NCBI RefSeq assembly: GCF_025965855.1
Contig: NZ_JAOPWB010000218.1
Coordinates: 14,263-78,262, forward strand
DNA length: 64,000 nt
Source of the DNA: Mycobacterium sp.
GTDB lineage: Bacteria > Actinomycetota > Actinomycetes > Mycobacteriales > Mycobacteriaceae
Reading direction: 5' to 3'
The notes beneath the pieces were generated by a model, which made no database searches, was not told the origin of the DNA, and saw only the letters and a list, made by a program, of their open reading frames with translations. How positions within the stretch are numbered: the stretch's first letter is position 1; each line of letters opens with the position of its first letter. Both the position numbers and the translations under genes were made by a program. Below are positions 20,455 through 30,251 of this stretch, in pieces.

Positions 20455-21195
20455 CTAGCCCTGGGCCGTGGGGCGAAGAACGATCTCACCGATCTCGACC
20501 TCGTGGGGTTGTTCGATGGCGAATGCGATGGCTCGTGCGACCGCCGCCGGTGGGAGGCCGAAGTCGTTCATGGTGCGTCGGATCTGCTCACGCTGCGCTG
20601 CATCGTCGATGGAACTGTCGAGCTCCGTGTCGACGAATCCCGGCGATATCGAGGTGGTTCGTAACACACCGTCGGTTGACTCTTGACGCAGGCCTTCCAT
20701 GACAGTCCGAACGGCGTTCTTGGTGGCCGCGTACACCGCCATGGTGGGCACGACTTTCAGCCCGGCGGTGGATACGGTCGTCACGAAGTGCCCGCGGCCC
20801 TGCCGGCCGAATACCGGTAGCGCCGCGGCAATGCCATGCAGCACTCCGCGCAGGTTGACGTCGATCATCGCCGACCAGCCGCCGACGTCGAGATCCGACA
20901 CCGGCCCGATCTTGCTGATTCCGGCGTTGCTCACCAGGACATCAAGCTGACCGAACTCGTCGATGGCCGTTCCGACGAGCCGCTCGAGGTCCGCAGGGCG
21001 CGTGACATCGGTTGGACGGGTGGCGACCGCGCCCCCGCGGCCGCGAATGTCACGTGCGATGCCGTCGAGGCGCTCGGCGCGACGCGCACCGAGGACCACG
21101 CTGGCGCCGCGCTCGGCGAGCAGACGCGCGGTCGCCTCGCCGATCCCGCTGCTCGCGCCGGTGATCGCCACGACTTTGCCCTCGATGTCGTCCAT
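20455..21195 (-). CDS. SDR oxidoreductase (YdfG-like)
   Basis: TGASSGIG, NAG, YAATK. Confidence 0.92.
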   Translation of the reverse strand: MDDIEGKVVAITGASSGIGEATARLLAERGASVVLGARRAERLDGIARDIRGRGGAVATRPTDVTRPADLERLVGTAIDEFGQLDVLVSNAGISKIGPVSDLDVGGWSAMIDVNLRGVLHGIAAALPVFGRQGRGHFVTTVSTAGLKVVPTMAVYAATKNAVRTVMEGLRQESTDGVLRTTSISPGFVDTELDSSIDDAAQREQIRRTMNDFGLPPAAVARAIAFAIEQPHEVEIGEIVLRPTAQG

Positions 21196-21244
21196 CCCCG
21201 TCCCTTCATACGGCAAACCCGTTGATGTCTCGTATTGTCGGTCT

Positions 21245-22096
21245 GTGCTCATCGGGTTCCTGCTCGCGCTGGGTTGCTCGGTGTGCTACGGGACCGCCTC
21301 GGTATTGCAGGCCGTCGCGACACGATCGGTCGAACCCGCAAGCAAGTCGGGCGTTGACGCGGTCTTGCTGATGCGCGCCGCGCGGCAGTGGCGCTATCTC
21401 GCCGGCATCGGTCTTGACGGCCTCGGTTTTCTGCTTCAGGTGATGGCGCTGCGGTTGGTGCCGATCTATGTCGTCGCCGCGGCGCTGGCCGCCTCCATCG
21501 CGGTCACCGGCATCGTATCCGCGTGGGTGCTGTCGGCGCGGCTTTCACGGGCCGAGTGGACGGCGGTCGGGGTGGTCTGCATGAGCCTCGCCGTGCTGGC
21601 CTGCGCGGCCGGGCCGGGGCACTTTCGTCACGCCCCGGCCGGACTCGGCTGGGCGTTGATCGGTGTGGTCGCCGGAGTATTCATCGCTGGTGCCGCCGCA
21701 GGCCGGTTGCCTGATCGCGAGCGCGCGCTTGCCCTTGGCCTTGGCGCCGGAAGCGGGTTCGGGGTCGTCGAGATCGGCGTGCGCCTGGTCGACGTGATCG
21801 ATCCGACCAAGGCCGCCTTCTACACCCAGCCGGCTCTGTACGCGGCGGCCGGAGGCGGCGCCGCGGGATTCCTCTTGCTCACCTCCGCCTTACACCGCGG
21901 ATCGGTGACCACCACTGTGGCCGCGATGGTCGTCGGTGAAACGATCGCTCCCGCGATCGTCGGGGTCGTATGGCTGGGTGACACCGCTCGCGACGGTCTC
22001 GGCTGGCTGGTGATCGCGGGATTCGTTGTGGCGGTGTCCGGAACACTGGTTTTGGCACGGTTCGGCGAAGCTCCCACGCCTGCCGAGTCCGGTTGA
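21245..22096 (+). CDS. DMT/EamA-like integral membrane protein
   Basis: About nine TM segments; ASVLQA..DGLGFLLQVMALRLVP pattern of DMT-superfamily proteins. Confidence 0.7.
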   Translation: MLIGFLLALGCSVCYGTASVLQAVATRSVEPASKSGVDAVLLMRAARQWRYLAGIGLDGLGFLLQVMALRLVPIYVVAAALAASIAVTGIVSAWVLSARLSRAEWTAVGVVCMSLAVLACAAGPGHFRHAPAGLGWALIGVVAGVFIAGAAAGRLPDRERALALGLGAGSGFGVVEIGVRLVDVIDPTKAAFYTQPALYAAAGGGAAGFLLLTSALHRGSVTTTVAAMVVGETIAPAIVGVVWLGDTARDGLGWLVIAGFVVAVSGTLVLARFGEAPTPAESG

Positions 22097-22716
22097 GCCA
22101 GGGCGTCACGCGCGGTCACGTTCTCCTGGAGGAATTCGGAACCTCGGTCAGTCACTTGGGCGATACCTACGGACGGATCGGTGGCGAGGACCAGCCGCCC
22201 GAGCGGGTGTATCTCGCGCTCGAGGAGCACTACCACACCCGCCTGCTGGCCTACGTGCTGGACATGTTCGGTCTGCCGTTCCAGGTCGTGGTGCCGCCAT
22301 TCGTAATGCGGCAATTCGTCAAGATGGAAGTCTTTCTGCCCGAGCGAATCGGATTCCCGTTCGTGGGCGCGGCGGAAATGGCGGGCTGCATCATGTTTGA
22401 CGAGTTGCGCAGCGCAGGCGTCGAGTTGTTCGCCGACGAGCCAGACGTGGCCGCTCGGATCGACCGGCTTTACACCGAGATACTCACCGACGAGCTGGGC
22501 CACGTCGGCTACTGCTCAGCACGCTGCGCCCGCTCCGAACGATCTTTAATGCGTTGGCTCTACCCGCTTTTCGGACGCATGTTTGCTCGCCAGACCGCTG
22601 AGATAAGCCTCCTCATCGACCCCGCGAAGCTGCACGCCCGCCTCGACGAGCCGTTCGATGTCGAGGGGCTCGCCACCAGCGTGCCGAACGAAACGTTCGT
22701 CGCCGCGCACCCTTGA
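22093..22716 (+). CDS. Ferritin-like diiron-carboxylate protein
   Basis: E45xxH48 (LEEHYH), E95 and E134xxH137 (DELGH); E13/E14 is a candidate first ligand. TTG start overlaps the upstream stop. Confidence 0.6.
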   Translation: MSQGVTRGHVLLEEFGTSVSHLGDTYGRIGGEDQPPERVYLALEEHYHTRLLAYVLDMFGLPFQVVVPPFVMRQFVKMEVFLPERIGFPFVGAAEMAGCIMFDELRSAGVELFADEPDVAARIDRLYTEILTDELGHVGYCSARCARSERSLMRWLYPLFGRMFARQTAEISLLIDPAKLHARLDEPFDVEGLATSVPNETFVAAHP

Positions 22717-22830
22717 TCGAATCGAGTCGCAGCCTGCGACCGTTTGACCCGTTTCAGATGGGTGGCCGCCAGTGTGCGCGGTGCTGACGATCCTGTTTCG
22801 AGTGCCCGGCACCGCGGTAATTCTGATCGG

Positions 22831-23400
22831 ATGACTGACACATCCGACTTCGGCACGTTCGGCCGGTTCGTCGAAACACCGGTCGACGAGATGTCACCAC
22901 AGATGAAAGAGGCGTACGACTTCACCCGCGAACTGCGGGGGCTGGTCCCCGGTCCGCACAGGATATGGCTCGCGAACCCCACGCTGTCCAAGACGATCGT
23001 CCCGACCGGTGCGTACTTCCAGCGTGATTCGACGTTGACGAAGGCCGAGATCGAGATCGCGACCACCATCGTCAACGCCCGGTGGCGCAGCGCATACGCC
23101 AACTATGAACACGAGATCATCGCCGAGCGCGATGGACACCTGCACCCGCGGCGTGTTGAAGCGATGATCGCCGGGCTGCCAACGTCTTTCGACGACCCGC
23201 GCCAGCAGGTGGTCTACGAGCTGGCATCGGCGTTGGTCGCCGCTCGTGTCGTGCCGCTCGGCCTGTACCGGCGGGCCAAGGAGTTGCTTGGTGACGCGGG
23301 CGTCGTGGACGTCGCGGTGCTGCTGGGCTGGTTCACCATGGTGTGTATGACGCTGGGCGCCTTCGACGTTCCGGCCTCCGCCCGGGGATTGGAGCAATAA
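22831..23400 (+). CDS. Carboxymuconolactone decarboxylase/AhpD-like protein
   Basis: GP..IWL.NP...EIAT.IV.ARW..AY..YEH pattern; no CxxC. Confidence 0.75.
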   Translation: MTDTSDFGTFGRFVETPVDEMSPQMKEAYDFTRELRGLVPGPHRIWLANPTLSKTIVPTGAYFQRDSTLTKAEIEIATTIVNARWRSAYANYEHEIIAERDGHLHPRRVEAMIAGLPTSFDDPRQQVVYELASALVAARVVPLGLYRRAKELLGDAGVVDVAVLLGWFTMVCMTLGAFDVPASARGLEQ

Positions 23401-23402
23401 GC

Positions 23403-24398
23403 ATGGCGCTGCCCCCGCTGCCCACCGTCACGATGACGCCCGCCGCGTTCTTCCCGCAAAAATACTTCCTGGAAAACCTCGCCGTGCGTGCCGACGGATC
23501 CGTCCTCATCACCGCCGTCCTGCAGAAGGAACTGTGGTGGGTTCCACCCGTAGATCCCGCTGCGGTGGCGGAACCCGTCCTGGTGCACCGCTTCGACCAC
23601 CCGGTCACCGGCATCACGGAGGTCGCGCCCGACGTGTTCGTCATCAACCTCACAGAGGCCTATACCACTCACGAATCGCATTTGGTCCGAATCGATTTCG
23701 CCGCATGGACACCGGGTGCGCCGATGTCACCGGAGGTCATCTACACCTTCGATGACCGTGTCCGCGGCCTCAACGGCAGTTGCCTGCTCGGGCCGAACGT
23801 GCTGGTGGTCGCGGACTGCTTCGCCGGACTGATCTGGCGCGTAGACCTCGCCGGCGACGCCCGCGGCGCGACGGCCCGGGTATGGCTCGCCGACGACAGC
23901 ATGGCCGATGATCCCGACAGCGGCGTGCCGCCACCGCCGCAGCCGGGTGTCAACGGTGTGCGGTACGGCGCACAGACCGGTTATCTCTACTACACGTGTA
24001 CCGCGCAGCAGGTGTTCATGCGCGTCCCCGTGGATTCGTCCAGCCTCGATCCGGCCGGGCCGCCACAATTCGTCGCCGCCATCGACAACGCCGACGACTT
24101 CTGCCTCGACGAGGACAACGGATTCGCTTACGTCACAAGGCATCGCACCAACACTATCGATCGGGTCCCGCTGGCGCCGAGGCACGGCAGCGAAGTCCGC
24201 CACATCGCCGGCGACCCGTTCGACGAAACGCTCGTCGGGCCGTCCAGCGCCGCATGGGGGCGCGGTCCCCAAGACCACGGCCGCGTCGCCTACGTCACGA
24301 CCGACGGCGGGACCACCGCGCCCCCGCACGGCATCACCCGCCGGGCCGCGCTGCTGCGCGTTGAGTTCGATTACGTTCACCCTCGCCTCAACCAATAG
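23403..24398 (+). CDS. Six-bladed beta-propeller (SMP-30/gluconolactonase-like)
   Basis: FLENLAVRADG, LNGSC, VNGVR, ADDFCLD blade motifs. Confidence 0.65.
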   Translation: MALPPLPTVTMTPAAFFPQKYFLENLAVRADGSVLITAVLQKELWWVPPVDPAAVAEPVLVHRFDHPVTGITEVAPDVFVINLTEAYTTHESHLVRIDFAAWTPGAPMSPEVIYTFDDRVRGLNGSCLLGPNVLVVADCFAGLIWRVDLAGDARGATARVWLADDSMADDPDSGVPPPPQPGVNGVRYGAQTGYLYYTCTAQQVFMRVPVDSSSLDPAGPPQFVAAIDNADDFCLDEDNGFAYVTRHRTNTIDRVPLAPRHGSEVRHIAGDPFDETLVGPSSAAWGRGPQDHGRVAYVTTDGGTTAPPHGITRRAALLRVEFDYVHPRLNQ

Positions 24399-24511
24399 GC
24401 ACCTGATGTAAAAACGCTGTCAATCTCCCGTAAAAACGCTTCGCTGCCATCGCGGATGCCCGTACACACTGCGAGAATTTGTCGAGTCCCCTCGCGTATT
24501 AGGAAGTAATC

Positions 24512-24676
24512 ATGCCCACCCTTGAGACACGCCTCCGCCAGGAGTTGCGCGATTGCGCCCTTGAGTTACGGCAATTGGCCTACACGGTGCCGCACGGGGT
24601 CGGCGAGCATGCCCTGCTTCAATTGTCGGACCGGATGCGCGTCGCCGCCGAACAGGTGGTCCGCAAAGGGGCGTAG
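24512..24676 (+). CDS. Small protein (54 aa), not in the ORF track
   Basis: AGGAAG RBS; MPTLETRLRQELRDCALELRQLAYTVPHGVGEHALLQLSDRMRVAAEQVVRKGA; amphipathic helical pattern. Confidence 0.65.
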   Translation: MPTLETRLRQELRDCALELRQLAYTVPHGVGEHALLQLSDRMRVAAEQVVRKGA

Positions 24677-24701
24677 CGGGCCGGGCCGAGTGGGCGTCTA
24701 G

Positions 24702-24787
24702 GGCTTTAAGTGTGCGTCTAGGGCGTGGATTTCGCGATTTCGCCGCCCTGACCGCACGCCCAGAGCCGTCAGCGCACACCAAAAGCC
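24702..24787. repeat. Nested inverted repeat between convergent genes (REP-like element or terminator)
   Basis: GGCTTTAAGTGTGCG pairs with CGCACACCAAAAGCC; inner TCTAGGGCGTG pairs with CACGCCCAGA. Confidence 0.55.
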
Positions 24788-24795
24788 GCGAGCGA

Positions 24796-27435
24796 TCAGC
24801 CGCCCCTGAGCCGAATCTTCCATCGCACGAAGCCGAGATAGACAGCGCTGAGCAGTATCAGCATGCCCATGTCGAACCACCATGCGCCGGCCGTGTGATG
24901 CCAGTGCCAGTCCTTTGGCACCGACGGGACTTTGCCCTCCAAGCTGAGCAGGTCGACGGTGGAGGCTGACGACGCGAAGCCCCATCTCGCCGGCGTGGCC
25001 CAAGACATCTGGTCCAGCCCGACGCGCCCGGTGACGGGAATCATGCCGCCGGAGAACACCAACTGCGACATGACCGCCACGACGAGCAGGGGCATGATCT
25101 GTTCGTTGGACTTGGCGATGGACGACAACGCCAGCCCGAGCATCGCCGAGGCGACGGTGGTCATGGCGACGTCGACGAACAGCTCCAGATTGGGAATGCC
25201 CAACGCCACGGCACCCTGCGTCGGGCCGCCCTTGCCGACGATAGCGATGACGGTGACGATCGCGGACTGAATGACCGCGAACACCGTGTAGACGAACACC
25301 TTCGCGAGCAGGTACGCGGACGTGGACAACCCGACCGCCTGCTCGCGCAGGAAGATGGCGCGCTCGCCGATCAGGTCGCGGATCGTCAGCGCCGTTCCCA
25401 TGAAGACCGCACCGACGTTGAGCAGCACCAGAATCTGCCCGGGCTCGGTGGGCGCGGAGCCCATCGGGTTCGGTCTGCCGAAGCCGACATCTCCGGGCAC
25501 CGACATCGACAGCGAGCCCATGATGAACGGCAGCAGCGCCAGGAAGATGAAGTAGCCGCGGTCGGACACGATCAACCGCACCTGCCGCCGCGCGATCGTG
25601 GAGAACTGCCGGAACAGGCTCGTGTGCGACGGATCGCCGATCTCGGCGGGTTGCTCCGCCGGAGGTGGTGGCGGGGGTGGGCCCGTCCGCGCCAGGTATC
25701 GCGCCTTGGCGCCGTCCGGGTCGCCCGCGACCGTGCTGAAGATGTCGGCCCAGTTCGTCGTGCCCATCGCCGGCCCGATCTGGTTGGGCGGCCCGCAGAA
25801 TGCGGTCTTGCCGCCGGGCGCCAGCAGCAGGACCTGATCGCAGACGTCCAGGTAGGTCAGGGAGTGGGTGACCACGAGCACCACGCGACCGGCGTCGGCG
25901 AGCTGCCGCAGCATGGTCATGACCTGGCGGTCCAGCGCCGGGTCCAGGCCGGACGTCGGCTCGTCGAGGATCAGCAGCGACGGCCCGGTCAGCAGCTCCA
26001 GGGCCACCGACGCACGCTTGCGCTGACCGCCCGAGAGCTTGTCGACCCGTGTGTGCAGGTGCTGGGTCATCTCGAGTTCCTCGAGCACCCGGGCCACCAC
26101 CTGCGCGCGGTCGTCCTTGGTGGTGTCCGGTGGCAGCCGCAGCTCGGCCGCATACATCAACGCCTGCTGCACCGTCAGCTGCCCGTGCACCACGTCGTCC
26201 TGCGGGACCATCCCGATCCTGCTGCGCAGCGAGGCGTATTCGGCGTGAACGTTGTGGCCCTCGAACGACACCGTGCCCTTGGTCGGGTGCGTGTAGCCGG
26301 CCACCAACCGGGCGAAGGTCGACTTTCCCGCTCCGGACGGGCCGATGACGGCGGTCAGCGTTCCGGGCCGTGCGCCCAGCGAGATGTCGTCGAGCAGGAC
26401 CTTGTTGTTATCGATCGTCCACGTCACCCCGCGCACGTCGAGGCCGCCGCTGCGCGTCGCGGTCGCGGACTCGTCGCGGCGGGCCAGCGTGCCGCCGGCG
26501 AAGACGAGGTCGATGTTGCCGATCGTGACGACGTCGCCGTCGCGCAGCACGGCCGAGTCGACCCGCACGCCGTTGACGAAAGTGCCGTTGATGCTGCGGT
26601 TGTCACGGATCTCGGTGCCCTGCGGCGTGGGAACCAAGGTGGCGTGGTGGCGTGATGCCAGCACCTCGGGAATGACGATGTCGTTGTCGTTGGCCCGGCC
26701 GATCTTGACCGCGCCCGGCGACGCCACCATCGCCGTTCGACCCGGCCGCAGGATCTTCATCATCGACGTGGCGATGTTCGCGGCATCGCCGCCGTGGCCC
26801 ATCTCGGCGGCCGCGTGCTCCGCGAAGCGGCCGGTCTCGGGCCGCGCCGGGGGCACCTGCATGGGTTGTGCCCGGTAAATCTTCGGCGGCTGCTGCGGTT
26901 CGCTGGGCACTCCCGTCGGATGTCCGCCGATCGGCTGTCGCGGCCTCGGCCCGCTCGGCGGCTGCGCGGGCTGGCGGACCGGGGCCGACGGCGACTGCTG
27001 CGGCTGGCCGGGCCAGTGCGTGCCGACCTGCTGCGGCTGGCTCTGGGACGCGGGGGCGCTCGGCTCGCCGGCGGGATTGTAGATCGGTATCGACGTCGTC
27101 AGGGGCGGCCGCCCGGCCGAACCCTGGTGGCGACCGACTTCGAAGGTCAGCGCGGGACCGTCCGGGTTGCCGATGTTGACCCGCAGGCCATCCTGGATGT
27201 CGACGACCGGCACGCGACGGTTCTGGACGTAGAGCCCATTGAGGCTGCCGTTGTCGATGGCGACCCATCGGCCCTGGTCGAAGCGCACGATGAGGTGCGT
27301 GCGGGAGGTCAGCGGGTGTGCGACGCGAACGTCCGCGCGGAGATCACGCCCGATTACGACGTCGGTGCCTGCTGCGAAGGTGCGCTCCGATCCCTCGTAC
27401 CGCACGGTCAGCACTGGCGGGGCTGGTGGGCTCAC
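24796..27435 (-). CDS. Dual-FHA ABC transporter (Rv1747 ortholog)
   Basis: PPVLTVRYEGSERTF start; two FHA domains (IGR..SR.H..NG); Walker A GPSGAGKS, LSGGQ, LDEP; ABC-2 type membrane domain. Confidence 0.95.
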   Translation of the reverse strand: MSPPAPPVLTVRYEGSERTFAAGTDVVIGRDLRADVRVAHPLTSRTHLIVRFDQGRWVAIDNGSLNGLYVQNRRVPVVDIQDGLRVNIGNPDGPALTFEVGRHQGSAGRPPLTTSIPIYNPAGEPSAPASQSQPQQVGTHWPGQPQQSPSAPVRQPAQPPSGPRPRQPIGGHPTGVPSEPQQPPKIYRAQPMQVPPARPETGRFAEHAAAEMGHGGDAANIATSMMKILRPGRTAMVASPGAVKIGRANDNDIVIPEVLASRHHATLVPTPQGTEIRDNRSINGTFVNGVRVDSAVLRDGDVVTIGNIDLVFAGGTLARRDESATATRSGGLDVRGVTWTIDNNKVLLDDISLGARPGTLTAVIGPSGAGKSTFARLVAGYTHPTKGTVSFEGHNVHAEYASLRSRIGMVPQDDVVHGQLTVQQALMYAAELRLPPDTTKDDRAQVVARVLEELEMTQHLHTRVDKLSGGQRKRASVALELLTGPSLLILDEPTSGLDPALDRQVMTMLRQLADAGRVVLVVTHSLTYLDVCDQVLLLAPGGKTAFCGPPNQIGPAMGTTNWADIFSTVAGDPDGAKARYLARTGPPPPPPPAEQPAEIGDPSHTSLFRQFSTIARRQVRLIVSDRGYFIFLALLPFIMGSLSMSVPGDVGFGRPNPMGSAPTEPGQILVLLNVGAVFMGTALTIRDLIGERAIFLREQAVGLSTSAYLLAKVFVYTVFAVIQSAIVTVIAIVGKGGPTQGAVALGIPNLELFVDVAMTTVASAMLGLALSSIAKSNEQIMPLLVVAVMSQLVFSGGMIPVTGRVGLDQMSWATPARWGFASSASTVDLLSLEGKVPSVPKDWHWHHTAGAWWFDMGMLILLSAVYLGFVRWKIRLRGG

Positions 27436-27555
27436 GATGACCAACTGTATCGGCCGCGGGCCCAATTGCAGGCCAAGGAGTCAACGCCGTTCACGACCTC
27501 GACCCACGAACGCGGACGACGTTTTGGTGACGGAGCCCCGGGTAACCCGCCGTGC

Positions 27556-27747
27556 ATGGATGACAGCGACGGCCCGTTCCCCGACGACGTGCCCGTCGCC
27601 GACGCCGTCGAGCAACAGCGACCGACCGCCGACCTGCCGTCCGACGACGAGCAGGACACGGGCGTGCCGCTAGAGGCGCCCCCTTCCGACTGGCAGGAAC
27701 AGCACGAAACGGTCCTCATCGACCCCGAACTCGAGGAATTTGAGTAA
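27556..27747 (+). CDS. Small acidic protein (63 aa)
   Basis: MDDSDGPFPDDVPVADAVEQQRP...PLEAPPSDWQEQ; high-GC3 codon usage. Confidence 0.6.
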   Translation: MDDSDGPFPDDVPVADAVEQQRPTADLPSDDEQDTGVPLEAPPSDWQEQHETVLIDPELEEFE

Positions 27748-27832
27748 CACGAATGACGGCCCGATATGCGGCCGCCACATGGTTCGGTGGTTTAATGCGA
27801 ACAAGTCGGTGGCGTCGGTTTCCAAATACCGA

Positions 27833-28858
27833 CTAACCCGCTGCCGCGGCGACGCGCGCGCTACGGTGCCCGGTGCTGAGTTTGCGGCTGTGAGGCACAC
27901 TGCTCGCCGCCCCGGTGACCTCCCGGATGAAATCCCCGAGATATCGAATGGCCCGCCTTCCTTCCGGCAATATGTCGGCCGCCAGCGGGAAGTCGTGAAT
28001 TTGGCCGTCCCATAGGTGAAGGTCGCAGCGAACTCCGCTGAATTGCAACCGTTCCGCCATGAGCTCGGCATCGGGCAGCAACAACTCGTCGGAGCTCGCG
28101 TGAATGGCGACCGGCGGTAACGAGGAGAGGTCCGCGTCCACCGGCGACTCGACGCGGCGCGCAGACGTTCCCGTGCCCTTCGGAATCCGCACCTCGCCGA
28201 GATACGTGGCGAACATCGACAACGCCCCACGGGTGAACATCGAGCACCTGCGAGCGTTGCGGTGCCGCAACTTTCGGGTCGGATCCGCGTCCGTGAACGG
28301 CGAGATCACCGCAACGCCGGCCGGCCTGAGGAGCCCGGTCCGGATGGCGGCCAGGGTGGTCATGAACGCGAGATATCCGCCGGCCGAGTCGCCGGCCACG
28401 ACCAGCTGGTCCCCGTCGTAGCCACGGTCCTGCAGCCAGCGAAGCCCGCACATTCCGTCTTCGATCGCGTCGGCTATCTGATGCGACGGCAGCTTTCGGT
28501 ATCCGACGGTCAGCACACCGGCATCCGCCGCCTTCGACAGACGGGTCACCAAGGACCGGTGCGTGTTGAGGCCACAGGTAAGGAACGCGCCACCGTGCAG
28601 GTAAAGAATCGCGCGATCGGAGGAGACGCCCGGTGCGCGAACCCATTCGGCGTCACAGGCGTCAAGCCGTATCGGTTCGATGCTTGCCGAGGACGTGAAA
28701 TGCGGCAGCAAACCCACCAAGCCGTCCACACGTTCCAAGGGCCAATGCAAATTCGGCTGAATGGCCCACGCACGCACCGCGTTCTTCACGATTATCCGGC
28801 TGGCAAGCGACACCGCGACCGACCGCACACTCTGGCGATGGTGAATTCGCCGGTTCAT
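27833..28858 (-). CDS. HSL-family esterase/lipase (LipU-like)
   Basis: YLHGGAF, GDSAGG, HDFP. Start uncertain. Confidence 0.88.
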   Translation of the reverse strand: MNRRIHHRQSVRSVAVSLASRIIVKNAVRAWAIQPNLHWPLERVDGLVGLLPHFTSSASIEPIRLDACDAEWVRAPGVSSDRAILYLHGGAFLTCGLNTHRSLVTRLSKAADAGVLTVGYRKLPSHQIADAIEDGMCGLRWLQDRGYDGDQLVVAGDSAGGYLAFMTTLAAIRTGLLRPAGVAVISPFTDADPTRKLRHRNARRCSMFTRGALSMFATYLGEVRIPKGTGTSARRVESPVDADLSSLPPVAIHASSDELLLPDAELMAERLQFSGVRCDLHLWDGQIHDFPLAADILPEGRRAIRYLGDFIREVTGAASSVPHSRKLSTGHRSARVAAAAG

Positions 28859-29046
28859 TGCCTGGCTTGGCAACAGACGGCGTTGATCTGGCTTCGTCGG
28901 CATTGTGTTCAACTTTCGTCGAGGTAACGCGTACCCCCGTGAAAGCGCGGAAAACGGTCGGTGAATCCCGGGCAAATGTCGGCTTCGTCACTGTTTGATG
29001 CGCCGGGATCGTGGGTACCGCCCACGCTGTCGGAGTGCCTCAAGAT

Positions 29047-29898
29047 ATGACCATGGGAGAGGCAACAGACGCCGCTGCGCTGCTGACCGAGCGGGTCGCG
29101 GTGGTGACCGGCGGCGGCGGCGGTATCGGTGCGGCAACCGCGCGACTGTTCGCTACGCACGGCGCCCGGGTGGTCATCGCCGATATCGACAACGAGCTGG
29201 CTCAGGGGGTCGCCGACGAGATCACGGCGTCGGGCGGCTCGAGTCTGGCGGTCGTGGCCGATGTCCGCGACGGGGAACAGGTCAGCGGCTTAGCGCGATC
29301 GGTGCTGGACCGCTATGGCCGAGTGGACGTGCTGGTGAACAACGTCGGCCACTGGCTTCGCCATCCGGGCAACTTCGTCGACACCGACCCCCAACTGTGG
29401 GACGACCTCTACCGCATCAACCTGCACCATGTTTTCCTCGTCACGCACGCCTTCCTGCCCGCGATGATCGACCAGCGGGCCGGCGCGATCGTCAACGTCT
29501 CGTCGGTCGAGGGGCTGCGCGGCTATCCGGAGGATCCGGTCTACGCCGCATTCAAGGCGGCCGTCATCCACTTCACCCGCAGCCTCGCCGTGCAGGTGGG
29601 TCGCGACGGGGTGCGCGTCAACGCGATCGGCCCCGACGTCACCGAGTCGCTGCAGGTGCCCTACTCGCAATGGCTGTCCGCCGAGGAGCGGACGCAATGG
29701 CCGCAATGGGTTCCGCTCGGACGGATGGGGCTGCCCGAGGACCAGGCCCGCGTGATCCTCTTCCTCGCCTCGGACTTGTCGGCGTTTGTCACCGGCCACA
29801 CCATCCCCACCGATGGCGGCACCGGCGCGGCGGGCGGATGGTTCCGCTCGTCGCGCCGGCCCGACCGGGAGTGGACGAATCGTCCGGTCGCACCCTGA
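29047..29898 (+). CDS. SDR oxidoreductase
   Basis: TGGGGGIG, NNVG, YAAFK. Confidence 0.9.
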   Translation: MTMGEATDAAALLTERVAVVTGGGGGIGAATARLFATHGARVVIADIDNELAQGVADEITASGGSSLAVVADVRDGEQVSGLARSVLDRYGRVDVLVNNVGHWLRHPGNFVDTDPQLWDDLYRINLHHVFLVTHAFLPAMIDQRAGAIVNVSSVEGLRGYPEDPVYAAFKAAVIHFTRSLAVQVGRDGVRVNAIGPDVTESLQVPYSQWLSAEERTQWPQWVPLGRMGLPEDQARVILFLASDLSAFVTGHTIPTDGGTGAAGGWFRSSRRPDREWTNRPVAP

Positions 29899-30251
29899 TC
29901 GCGCCCGGCTATCTCCCTGGGCGGCCGGGGCACCAGCATCCAGATACGCCCCGGAGCCGTTGCCGCGAGGCGGCTTTCAGCTTCCAGACACTTCGACGGC
30001 GAGTGCATCGATCAGTCGGTTCATCACCGCACCGGCGTCCCGGCGGGCCTGATCGTGTTCCTCGGCGCGAGCAATGTAAGCGTAGCGCCAACGGTTTTCG
30101 TGCCGTCGGGTTGCGCAGTGTGGAACAGCGCCGGCATCGCGAACGTCGCGACGCCGGCGAAAAACGTTTCAACAATTATGATCTGCCTGTTCGCCGCCAT
30201 CCCGCACTGCGGCGGGTCCGTGTTATCGGCAAGCTGGATCGTGGCTAGAGC

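Noticed and set aside
29900-30250. Possible gene remnant on the minus strand (RWRYAYIARAEEHDQARRDAGAVMNRLIDALAVEV)
   Set aside because: Reads like protein but has no usable start and no family I can recognise; too weak to call.
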